From: Methylocystis sp.
GTDB taxonomy: Bacteria; Pseudomonadota; Alphaproteobacteria; Rhizobiales; Beijerinckiaceae
NCBI GenBank assembly: GCA_044233645.1
Contig: JBIIJP010000005.1
Span: forward strand, 3,519-67,518
Direction of reading: 5' to 3'
Length of the DNA stretch: 64,000 nt
The position numbers and the translations under genes are program-made. The notes beneath the pieces are model-generated. The model was not told the origin of the DNA. It was given only the letters and a program-made list of their open reading frames with translations, and did not search any database. The stretch's first letter is position 1. Every line of letters starts with the position of its first letter. This document shows, one piece after another, positions 17,529 through 26,602 of the stretch.

Positions 17529-18734
17529 TTAAATCTTACGGGCGCGACGTTTCGACGTCCATCGCCAAACACCGGTCGTAAATAACACTAACGGCGCAAA
17601 TCCCAACAAGACAAATATGGGGCGGCCCACATCGCCTAGAAATTCTCCGCTGTGAAGTGGAAATAACCACTCCATGAATTTATCGCCAAATCGATAGGCG
17701 TCGCGATCCTGGATCCGGGTGACGGCGCCACTATACTGATCGATGCCAACATTATGGAATGTTTTGCTTCGGTTAGGTTCGTCAGCTGATTGCTTGCCGA
17801 TAACATAGACCCCGACTGGATCCGTCGGTAGCAGTATCCAGTGCAACCTGCCCTGGGGAAAAACAGTATCGGCAATACGCGCCGCCATACCGAGGCTGAT
17901 CGGCTGCCGGCCGCCGGACGGCTTTGATTTTCCAAAATCGATCTTTCCTTCTACAGGCGAAATATGGCTGACAATCTCTCTTGTCAAAGGTTTGAAAATC
18001 ATCGCTACGCCGGTAAACAGGGTAATCAAGAGGATTGATCCGAGATAAAACCCTGTCGTGCGATGTAGATCGAAGAGGATTCGCTGACTCGACGCTGGCC
18101 ATTTGATTTTCAGTCCCGATCGCCAATTGCCATTAACTGGGCTCCACAAATAGAACCCAATGAGGATCGTCAAGAAAACAAACCCTGCTATGATACCAGT
18201 AAGATATGCGTTGTTGGCTCCGAGCAACAGTGTCCAGTGGAAATCCATCAAAAGCGCAATGAGCGGCTGAGAAAAACGATCCTCCCCGTGGATTTTCAAC
18301 CGCTCTCCCTTCACCTTCGCCGTATAGGGATCAACGAACAGCTCATAGGCGAAGGTGTCGAGATCATCCGTCTCGGATATGTAGGTCACAATCGCCGCCG
18401 CCTCTGTATGACGCGGCAGCATGATGCGCTCGGGCTTTGCCTCTGGCGGCATGGCGGATTTAGCTGCGTTAAAAATATCATCGATTGGGCGATAGTATTG
18501 CCCTGGTTGTGGCTCTACGAGCATCAGCCCGGCGTTCAACTTTTCGTCAAGAGCTTCGCGATAAACCAGAACGGCGCCGCTCAATCCAATGAGCACGAAG
18601 ATCGCGCCGAGGATCAATCCGATCGTCTTGTGCGTAAAGATCAGACAGGATCGAAAGATTCCCGAAGACGAATTATTGCTTTTCACCGTCCATGATTGCG
18701 GATGTCTATTATCGTCCATCATCGAAACCTTCAT
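17529..18734 (-). CDS. PepSY-associated TM helix domain protein (PiuB/FoxB-like)
   Basis: 401 aa with the typical start FTHKTIGLILGAIFVLIGLSGAVLVYREALDEKL and 3-4 further TM helices separated by periplasmic PepSY-like segments. Confidence 0.75.
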   Translation of the reverse strand: MKVSMMDDNRHPQSWTVKSNNSSSGIFRSCLIFTHKTIGLILGAIFVLIGLSGAVLVYREALDEKLNAGLMLVEPQPGQYYRPIDDIFNAAKSAMPPEAKPERIMLPRHTEAAAIVTYISETDDLDTFAYELFVDPYTAKVKGERLKIHGEDRFSQPLIALLMDFHWTLLLGANNAYLTGIIAGFVFLTILIGFYLWSPVNGNWRSGLKIKWPASSQRILFDLHRTTGFYLGSILLITLFTGVAMIFKPLTREIVSHISPVEGKIDFGKSKPSGGRQPISLGMAARIADTVFPQGRLHWILLPTDPVGVYVIGKQSADEPNRSKTFHNVGIDQYSGAVTRIQDRDAYRFGDKFMEWLFPLHSGEFLGDVGRPIFVLLGFAPLVLFTTGVWRWTSKRRARKI

Positions 18735-18888
18735 TATATGATTGGCAAGAGCAATATGGAGACCCTAAACTGCAGCATATCGGTGGCTTGATGCATAGCC
18801 CCGGAGTTTTCCGAACCGAAAAACCGTTTCATATGCCTCTAGCCAGGTCGGATCATCAGGCCAGAAATCCTGACAGGCATTTGATGGA

Positions 18889-19986
18889 TCAAATACTGCG
18901 CCGGATTAGCGCGACTGCCTTTACCTGCGCAAAGACGGCTTGACCAATCGCGAGCCCGAGCGATACCCATGACTTCCTAGTAATTCGTGCAAGCAGACGT
19001 TCTCCCGCGATTTCATGACCTAGCGTAAGGAATACTACAACTTGCGCCGGTTCGATCTCGTGGATGTCCAGGATCCTGACTGGAATTTGGTTTTCGATTG
19101 AGCTGTGGTCAGATCGATCCCGGCTCAGACTGACATCGCCGGCGAAAATTTTCAGGCGTCGTCTGTCGCCAATCTCCAGTATTTGCGTAGGGGCGTTCAA
19201 AAAACCCCCTTGAACGGCGAAACGGGCGATTTTGAATTCTGGATCGTAATCGACCACTCTAGCATTCAGGCTCACCGCAGCATGCTGGGTCGACGCCAGC
19301 ATGAGGGATGGTTCGCTCTGCAACTGCGAAAGCGGTCCACTGGCAAGAACAGCGCCATTCTCGACCAGCACAAGAAAATCAGCGATCCTGTCAACCTCGT
19401 TCATATCGTGCGTGACATAGAAGATAGGGATGTCGAGAGACGCCCGTAGTCTCTCAATATAGGGTATGATTTCTTCCCTCGAAGCTGCATCAAGAGCGGA
19501 TAGGGGTTCATCCATTAGCAAAAGCCCGGGATCGGACAGCAAAGCACGACCAATAGCGACTCTCTGACGCTCGCCGCCGGAAAGTTTCAATGGCATCCGA
19601 TCACGCAAATCTTCTATGTCCAGAATTCCCACAACCTCAGAAAAATTCAGCCCGGGAGCCTTCCTGCCGCCTTTGCTCCCGAATAACAGATTTTCCTGAA
19701 CCGATAGGTGAGGAAACAGATTGTTGTCCTGGAAAACATAGCCAATTGGACGTTCATAAACCGGCTTAAAATATTCAGCTGATTGCCAAATGTCTCCGCC
19801 AATGTTGCAACTGCCCGAACGCGCCCGATGCAACCCGGCGATACATCTCAGAATGGTTGTTTTACCGCTACCTGATGGCCCATACAGCGCTGTGACGCCT
19901 TTCATCGGCGCTTCGAAGGCGACATTGAAATCAAGACGACCCAGGCTATCCCGAAACGCGATATGGATATTTTCAGTTGAAATCAT
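18889..19986 (-). CDS. modC: molybdate ABC transporter ATP-binding protein ModC
   Basis: Walker [10 protein letters not shown], signature [15 protein letters not shown], Walker B LLLMDEP and a C-terminal TOBE-like domain. ATGA overlap with modB. Confidence 0.9.
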   Translation of the reverse strand: MISTENIHIAFRDSLGRLDFNVAFEAPMKGVTALYGPSGSGKTTILRCIAGLHRARSGSCNIGGDIWQSAEYFKPVYERPIGYVFQDNNLFPHLSVQENLLFGSKGGRKAPGLNFSEVVGILDIEDLRDRMPLKLSGGERQRVAIGRALLSDPGLLLMDEPLSALDAASREEIIPYIERLRASLDIPIFYVTHDMNEVDRIADFLVLVENGAVLASGPLSQLQSEPSLMLASTQHAAVSLNARVVDYDPEFKIARFAVQGGFLNAPTQILEIGDRRRLKIFAGDVSLSRDRSDHSSIENQIPVRILDIHEIEPAQVVVFLTLGHEIAGERLLARITRKSWVSLGLAIGQAVFAQVKAVALIRRSI

Positions 19987-20672
19987 TCATGTCTGTCCGA
20001 GATCTTATTGTCGATCATCATCATTACTAACATTAAAATAAAACCAAAAATAACCATTCCTCCAGCCAGGAGATGGGCGATACGCCATTGCGAGGACTCC
20101 ACATAATCGAAGATAGCCACGGAAAGAACTTTGGTTTGATTGGGAATATTGCCGCCAATCATAAGAACGACGCCGAATTCGCCTAGTGTGTGCGCAAAGC
20201 CGAGTATAGCGCCGGTTAGAAATCCGCGACGAGCGAGCGGCACAGCGACTCTCCAGAAAGCCTGCCATGGCGTCGCCCGCAGCGTCGCTGCAGCTTCCAG
20301 TGGACGATCTCCAATCGCTTCGAAGGAATTACGGATCGGCTGAACGACAAATGGCATCGAATAGAGTACAGAGCCTATAATTAATCCTGGAAATGTGAAG
20401 GCCAACGTGCGTCCGCCCCACAGATTTGCAATCAATCCGCCGGGGCCATTCGGACCGAGCGCAAGAAGCAAATAAAAGCCTAAAACAGTAGGCGGCAACA
20501 CCAGGGGCATGGCGATGAAGGATGCAACCCCCTCCTTCCACCAGACTCTCGATCGAGCGAGCCACCATGCCAGGGGCGTGCCGAAGATAAGCAGGAGAGT
20601 TGTTGTGATTAAAGCAAGCATAATGGAAAGATTGATTTGCGACCATACATCTGAAGGAAGATCAATACTCAT
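19983..20672 (-). CDS. modB: molybdate ABC transporter permease ModB
   Basis: [15 protein letters not shown] plus the EAA-type loop [23 protein letters not shown]. 229 aa. Overlaps modA and modC. Confidence 0.9.
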   Translation of the reverse strand: MSIDLPSDVWSQINLSIMLALITTTLLLIFGTPLAWWLARSRVWWKEGVASFIAMPLVLPPTVLGFYLLLALGPNGPGGLIANLWGGRTLAFTFPGLIIGSVLYSMPFVVQPIRNSFEAIGDRPLEAAATLRATPWQAFWRVAVPLARRGFLTGAILGFAHTLGEFGVVLMIGGNIPNQTKVLSVAIFDYVESSQWRIAHLLAGGMVIFGFILMLVMMMIDNKISDRHE

Positions 20673-21451
20673 TCATTTCTGCCAGTTAGCGTGTGAGTTC
20701 CATATCCAAATTTCTGGATAATTGATTGGGTAATCGAACCTTTGAGAAACGCCATGAATTCTTTTGGGCCATTGTTTTGCTCACCCGATTTCAGAAGTAC
20801 CGCATCCTGGCGGATCTCCCGATAATATTTCTCAGGAATGATCCATGATGAGCCCACTTTCAGGTTTGAGAGTTGGGACAATGCAATAAAACCATATTCC
20901 GCATTTTCTGTTTTCACGAATTGAAAGGTTTGCGCGATCGTGTTGCCTTGCACGATCTTTGCTTGAAGCGTGGCATAAACATTGAGCGCTTTCATCACTT
21001 CCACAGCAGCGCCTCCGTAGGGAGCTATGGTTGGATTTGCGATGGCGATTTTCGAAAAATCTCCTTTTTTCAGGGTCTCTTCGTTAATTATTATTCCCGG
21101 CTTGCTTGTCCACAGGACCAGCTTCCCGATCGCGTAAGTGAATTCCTCGCCTGCAACGCCAAGATCTTCCTGAACAAGCTTTCTCGGCCACTGCTCGTCA
21201 GCAGATAGAAATACCTGAAATGGGGCGCCATTTTTGATTTGGGCGTATAACTGTCCAGACGCGCCAAAACTCAATATTACTTCATGTCCGGTCTTGTCCC
21301 GAAAAATCCGAGCAATCTCTTTCGCCGTATCGATAAAATTAGTCGCAACAGCGATATTCACAGTATCTGCCCGGACGTCCTGCCTATCGAGGAATAGGAG
21401 AACGCCAAAGATAAGAAGACTGCTTCGTCCGATCTTGATCATGTTGTTCAT
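20669..21451 (-). CDS. modA: molybdate ABC transporter periplasmic binding protein ModA
   Basis: Signal peptide, then VNIAVATNF ... [27 protein letters not shown], typical of ModA. First gene of the modABC run. Confidence 0.85.
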   Translation of the reverse strand: MNNMIKIGRSSLLIFGVLLFLDRQDVRADTVNIAVATNFIDTAKEIARIFRDKTGHEVILSFGASGQLYAQIKNGAPFQVFLSADEQWPRKLVQEDLGVAGEEFTYAIGKLVLWTSKPGIIINEETLKKGDFSKIAIANPTIAPYGGAAVEVMKALNVYATLQAKIVQGNTIAQTFQFVKTENAEYGFIALSQLSNLKVGSSWIIPEKYYREIRQDAVLLKSGEQNNGPKEFMAFLKGSITQSIIQKFGYGTHTLTGRNE

Positions 21452-21648
21452 TCCGAGCGGCGAAAACCGAGATCCTGCTTCGAGGTATTTTTGATCATTT
21501 AAACGACAGTCCTACGCTATATAATATGTTTACTTGGCGATGGCAATCTGCTCATTATTTAAAAAAATCAATAAAACCAGTTCTTTGAAATAATATTTTT
21601 GAAGTATATAATTATTCTTGGAATTTTTTTCTTTCACCTGAGCCCTTG

Positions 21649-22437
21649 ATGCGAAAACCCAAAATTGACGCCACTCTGTCGCTTCGCAGCGGCGAACGCT
21701 TTCTGGTCGGCCGGGATCGGATCAAGCTTCTTGAGGCCGTCGCTAAACATGGCAGTATCAGCAAGGCGGCGAAAGCGGTTGGCTACAGCTATAAGACTGC
21801 TTGGGACTCTGTAGATGCCATAAATAATCTTTTGCCCAGTCCGGCTTTTGTAACCAAGATGGGTGGTTCCGGCGGCGGTGGCGGCGCGCATGTAACGGAA
21901 GAAGGCTTGCGTCTCATCGAGACATTCTACAAAATCGAAGAAAAGCTCGCGCGCTTATCATCCCGAATTTCCGAGACGGGACTACAAGGCGATGAAGAAA
22001 TGCTGCTCTTCACTTTCGGCGCCCGCATTTCAAGTCGCAACGCGTTTCATTGCGTCATCGAAAAAATCAAAAAAGGTCCGGTCGATGTAGAGGTAGGATT
22101 ACGTCTTGGAACAGGAGCCGAAATATCCGCTTATGTAACCAACGCGGCGGTCGACGACCTTGAACTTGAGGAGGGTAAGGGCGTGCTGGCGTTTGTTAAG
22201 GCTTACGCCATCAAACTCTCGGCGGGCGATCATGCTGGCAAGGAAAACAATATCTGCGGGACGGTCTTGCGTCTGATCAAGGGACCCAGGAGTTGGGAGA
22301 TTCTGCTGAACATTAGCGACGCTAAAACGCTGACCGCTGTAATTCCGCTGAAGGATGCCGAGAAATTAGACGTCGCGAAAGGCCACAGGCTTGTCGCCCA
22401 TTTTAGCCCACAGGATGTGATCATCGCCGCGAACTAG
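21649..22437 (+). CDS. modE: molybdenum-dependent transcriptional regulator ModE
   Basis: N-terminal HTH RIKLLEAVAKHGSISKAAKAVGYSYKTAWDSVDAINN followed by two Mop/TOBE-like repeats. Divergent from modA across an AT-rich 197-bp spacer. Confidence 0.85.
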   Translation: MRKPKIDATLSLRSGERFLVGRDRIKLLEAVAKHGSISKAAKAVGYSYKTAWDSVDAINNLLPSPAFVTKMGGSGGGGGAHVTEEGLRLIETFYKIEEKLARLSSRISETGLQGDEEMLLFTFGARISSRNAFHCVIEKIKKGPVDVEVGLRLGTGAEISAYVTNAAVDDLELEEGKGVLAFVKAYAIKLSAGDHAGKENNICGTVLRLIKGPRSWEILLNISDAKTLTAVIPLKDAEKLDVAKGHRLVAHFSPQDVIIAAN

Positions 22438-22486
22438 AAAAATATTGTCCGGAGCGTCGTAAAGATCTGCGACATGCCGCCATCGC

Positions 22487-23608
22487 CTAAGCCAACTGTC
22501 GACGTTCTTTTACATCGAAGGCTCGACCATAACTGTCTGCTGCGTAAATCGCGTCCGCAAGCGCTTCTGCCGTCACAGCGAAGGGTTCGTTATGCGCGCT
22601 TTCGCCCGCCGCCAGAGCGCGGGTGGCGACGATCATCGCTTGTGAGGGCGTGAATTCGTCCAGCCCGATCTGAGCCAGCGTTACCGGCAGACCCACATCA
22701 ACGCAAAAGCCAAAAGCCTCCCGCAAAAGCGCCGGTGGTTGCTCCTCAAGCATGAGTTGCACGAGCGTGCCGAAGGCGACTTTCTCGCCATGCATGAAAT
22801 CATGCGTCTCAGACAACGCCGTCAAACCATTGTGCACAGAATGTGCGACGGCAAGGCCGGCAGACTCGAATCCTAGTCCGGACAAGAGCGTATTGGCTTC
22901 AACCACTCTCTCGAACGCTGGCGTGACCACGCCCTCCCGCGCCGCCATCAGTGCAGCGACTCCATCCTGCAAGAGCGTTCGATAACAGAGTTCGGCGATT
23001 GCCGTCGCCGCCAGAGTCGTCGCGCCGCCAAGCACATTGGGTTTTCCAGCTCCGGTGCAGGCGCGGGCCTCAAAACAGGTCGCCAGCGCGTCCCCCATAC
23101 CTGCGATTAATGTCCGGACCGGCGCGCGAATGATGACGGCGCTGTCCACCAGCACGAGATCGGGATTACGACGATAGAATTCAATTTTCTCGAAAACTCC
23201 CGCGTCGGAGTAGATTACAGATAGTGCGCTGCAGGGCGCATCGCTGGCAGCCGTGGTCGGGCAGCAAACTATTGGCAGATCCATAGCCCCGGCGACGGCG
23301 CGCGCCATATCGAGCGTTTTGCCGCCGCCGGCTCCAATGATAGTCGTGGCCTGAAAAGCCCTGGCGGCAGCAACGCCTTTAATGATTTCGGTATGGGAGC
23401 ATTCGCCGCCAAAGTCGAACAGTTCAACAGCCAGGCCATGTTCGGAAAAGCTCTTTCTCCATACTCTCTCAAGCGACTGACGTGGCGAATTGCTGGTGAC
23501 GATCAACGATCGGGCGCCGAGACCAAGATGCCGCAATTGCTCGGAGAGTTTGACCGTTGCGTCCGCTCCTTGAACATAGCGCGCGGGGGAAGCAAAAATT
23601 CTCAGCAT
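22487..23608 (-). CDS. gldA: glycerol dehydrogenase (iron-containing ADH family)
   Basis: MLRIFASPARYVQGADATVKLSEQL aligns with the E. coli GldA N-terminus. Also GAGGGKTLDMAR and the His-rich metal site HSVHNGLT ... HGEKVAFG. Confidence 0.85.
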   Translation of the reverse strand: MLRIFASPARYVQGADATVKLSEQLRHLGLGARSLIVTSNSPRQSLERVWRKSFSEHGLAVELFDFGGECSHTEIIKGVAAARAFQATTIIGAGGGKTLDMARAVAGAMDLPIVCCPTTAASDAPCSALSVIYSDAGVFEKIEFYRRNPDLVLVDSAVIIRAPVRTLIAGMGDALATCFEARACTGAGKPNVLGGATTLAATAIAELCYRTLLQDGVAALMAAREGVVTPAFERVVEANTLLSGLGFESAGLAVAHSVHNGLTALSETHDFMHGEKVAFGTLVQLMLEEQPPALLREAFGFCVDVGLPVTLAQIGLDEFTPSQAMIVATRALAAGESAHNEPFAVTAEALADAIYAADSYGRAFDVKERRQLA

Positions 23609-23819
23609 ATCCTGCCCCGCCCCTTCCATGGCAAGCGATCTGTCTTTCACGGTCGATCGCCCTGCTGAAATCCAAGGCAACCGAAGGTAAATGTTGTTTC
23701 AAGGCTCTGATGGCTGCGTCGGTCACTTGTCGGTTCCGAGAGCAAAGGGCCATCGCCATGGCTGTTCGACGCCATATATACACTATTTATGTGATGTCGA
23801 ATGTTCTCCGGAGACACTT

Positions 23820-26471
23820 ATGCGTCATGCCGCCAATGTTCCCGTTCGCCTCATCGATTATCGGCCGGCGGATTTCCTGATCGAAACTGTCGATCTCGAT
23901 TTTCGGTTGCACCAGACTGCGACCAAAGTGTTTGCAAGACTGGCGTTACGCCGGAACCCAAAGGGCGATCCGGCGGCTCAGCTAGCGCTGGACGGAGATG
24001 GCTTGACCCTTCTGGGAGCCAGACTGGATGGCCGACTGCTCGATCCTCAGGAATACTCGGCGACGCCGGATCGTTTTGTACTGACAGCCACACCAGAAAG
24101 GTCTTTCATCCTGGAAATTGAGACCGAGGTAAATCCTTCCGCGAATACCCAGCTCTCGGGCCTCTATCGCTCAGGCTCCGCCTATTGCACCCAATGCGAG
24201 GCGGAAGGCTTTCGCCGAATAGCCTATTTCTTGGATCGACCGGACGTGCTGAGTGTCTATACGACCAGGATCGAAGCAGACAAGGCGGAGGCTCCCGTCC
24301 TGCTCTCCAACGGCAACCCTCTCGACGCGGGCGCTATCCCCGGCTCAACCCGCCACTACGCTGTCTGGAGAGATCCGTTCCCCAAGCCGTCCTATCTTTT
24401 CGCACTCGTCGGCGGCAATCTTGGCGTTCTGCGCGACGTCTTTACGACGATGACTGGTCGAAATATCGACCTAGCGATTTATGTCGAGCACGGAAAGGAA
24501 ACCCGCGCCACCTACGCCATGGACGCGCTCAAGAGATCTATGCGTTGGGACGAGGAGAAATTTGGTCGCGAATATGATCTCGACGTGTTTAACATCGTTG
24601 CCGTCTCCGATTTCAACATGGGCGCGATGGAGAACAAGGGTCTCAATATTTTCAATGAAAAATATGTTCTGGCTTCCCCGGAAACAGCAACCGATCACGA
24701 CTACGCCGGCATCGAGGCGGTCATCGCCCATGAATATTTTCATAACTGGACAGGCAATCGCATCACTTGTCGCGACTGGTTCCAGCTCTGTCTGAAGGAG
24801 GGATTGACAGTCTATCGCGATCAGGAGTTCTCCGCAGACCAGCGCTCCCGCGCTGTCGAGCGGATCAGCGACGTGCGAGGCCTGCGGCTGGCGCAGTTCC
24901 CGGAAGACGCAGGTCCGCTAGCGCATCCAGTGCGGCCAGAACTCTATCACGAGATCAACAACTTCTACACGGCGACGGTCTATGAAAAAGGCGCCGAACT
25001 CGTGCGTGTTCTTCGCACCTTGATCGGAGAAGACGCTTTCCGACGCGGTATGGATTTGTATTTCGAACGTTTCGACGGCGTCGCGGCGACGGTGGAGGAT
25101 TTTCTCTCCTGTTTCGCAGAGGCGTCCGGTCGCGATCTTACGCAATTCGCACATTGGTATAGCCAAGCCGGCACGCCAATTGTCTCGACTGAGGGCGTTT
25201 ACGATCCCAGCGCTCAAACATTCAGCCTGACATTGAAACAACAAACGCATCCAACTCCCGGCCAATCTGACAAAAAGCCTGTCGTAATCCCCGTTGCTTT
25301 GGCCTTGTTTGGCGACAATGGCGAAAAAATACCTCTCATGAGCCCAGATGCGTCGGACGAAGAGTTGCAGCGTGGCGTTTTCGAGCTGTCGACGTCGTCG
25401 CGTTCAATTGTATTTACAAAGGTCCCATCTCATCCAGCAGCTTCTCTGTTGCGGGGTTTTTCAGCGCCAGTGCGGCTGGAGCCCGCGCCCGACAGCGCCG
25501 ACCTTGAGCGTCTGCTCGCCTGCGACGATGATCCTTTTAATCGCTGGCAGGCTGCTCAAACACTCGCGCAACGCGCCATTTTTGCGCGCATCGACGCAGC
25601 GCGCGCCAATGCCCCGACTCCTGCGGCGCCAGGGTATGTCGACGCGCTCAGAAGCCTGTTGATCAAAGCCGAAGCCGATCCAGCCTTCGCCGCGCAGGCC
25701 TTGGGCTTGCCTTCGGAAATCGATCTTGCCCGCGAGGCGCGGGAGAATGTTGACCCGGACATTCTCTTTACCGCGCGCATGGGACTGCGAGCTGAAATCG
25801 GGAGGGAACTTGCGTCCGACTTTGACCGTCTTTACGCGTTGATGGCCGACAAAGCCCCCTATACGCCAGACGCGGCGGGAGCCGGCCGACGGGCGTTACG
25901 CAGCGTCGCCCTTGACTACATTGCTGCCGGTGACCCGAAGGCAGGCTGTGTGCGGGCTGAACGACAATACGGCGGTGCGACCAATATGACCGACCGTCTC
26001 TCGGCGCTTTCCGTATTGTCGCTTATCGGCGGCGAGGCGCGCGAAACTGCCCTCGAACATTTTTATCGACAATACGCCGGCGATGGGCTGGTGCTCGATA
26101 AATGGTTCGCCCTTCAGGCAATGATCCCGGAGGTAACGACGACTCATCGTGTGGTATCGCTGATGACACATCCTGAATTTTCGCTGTCCAACCCCAATCG
26201 TGTGCGGGCTTTGCTCGGATCGTTCATGAACGGTAACATGACGCGTTTCCACGCTCTCGATGGGTCAGGGTATGATCTCCTTGCGCGGGTGGTGCTTGAG
26301 CTCGACCCCCGAAATCCGCAAGTCGCCGCAAGGCTGCTGTCGTCCCTGCGTTCCTGGCGAACGCTGGAGCCGCGGCGCCGGGCGCTGATCGAGCCACGCC
26401 TGAAACGTATCCTCGAACAGCCCGAGCTCTCAACCGATGTCAGGGATATCGCCACCCGGGCGCTCGCCTGA
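23820..26471 (+). CDS. pepN: aminopeptidase N
   Basis: GAMENKGLNIFN exopeptidase motif and HEYFHNWTGNRITCRDWFQLCLKEGLTVY zinc site. 883 aa from the ATG at 23820. Confidence 0.95.
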   Translation: MRHAANVPVRLIDYRPADFLIETVDLDFRLHQTATKVFARLALRRNPKGDPAAQLALDGDGLTLLGARLDGRLLDPQEYSATPDRFVLTATPERSFILEIETEVNPSANTQLSGLYRSGSAYCTQCEAEGFRRIAYFLDRPDVLSVYTTRIEADKAEAPVLLSNGNPLDAGAIPGSTRHYAVWRDPFPKPSYLFALVGGNLGVLRDVFTTMTGRNIDLAIYVEHGKETRATYAMDALKRSMRWDEEKFGREYDLDVFNIVAVSDFNMGAMENKGLNIFNEKYVLASPETATDHDYAGIEAVIAHEYFHNWTGNRITCRDWFQLCLKEGLTVYRDQEFSADQRSRAVERISDVRGLRLAQFPEDAGPLAHPVRPELYHEINNFYTATVYEKGAELVRVLRTLIGEDAFRRGMDLYFERFDGVAATVEDFLSCFAEASGRDLTQFAHWYSQAGTPIVSTEGVYDPSAQTFSLTLKQQTHPTPGQSDKKPVVIPVALALFGDNGEKIPLMSPDASDEELQRGVFELSTSSRSIVFTKVPSHPAASLLRGFSAPVRLEPAPDSADLERLLACDDDPFNRWQAAQTLAQRAIFARIDAARANAPTPAAPGYVDALRSLLIKAEADPAFAAQALGLPSEIDLAREARENVDPDILFTARMGLRAEIGRELASDFDRLYALMADKAPYTPDAAGAGRRALRSVALDYIAAGDPKAGCVRAERQYGGATNMTDRLSALSVLSLIGGEARETALEHFYRQYAGDGLVLDKWFALQAMIPEVTTTHRVVSLMTHPEFSLSNPNRVRALLGSFMNGNMTRFHALDGSGYDLLARVVLELDPRNPQVAARLLSSLRSWRTLEPRRRALIEPRLKRILEQPELSTDVRDIATRALA

Positions 26472-26602
26472 TCCGCATGGAAGGCGACGCCATTTACATT
26501 TCATTAAGCTCTGGACAAAAGAGACGAGAGAGATTCGAATGGAGGTGATTCGGGAGGCTTCCGGCCTGCCTGCAAGATCGCCGACAATTCGGAGAGGGGT
26601 TG

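Noticed and set aside
21452-21648. Moco riboswitch upstream of modA
   Set aside because: The spacer is extremely AT-rich with no GC-rich multi-stem structure of the size expected for the Moco RNA motif. Regulation by the adjacent ModE is the simpler explanation.
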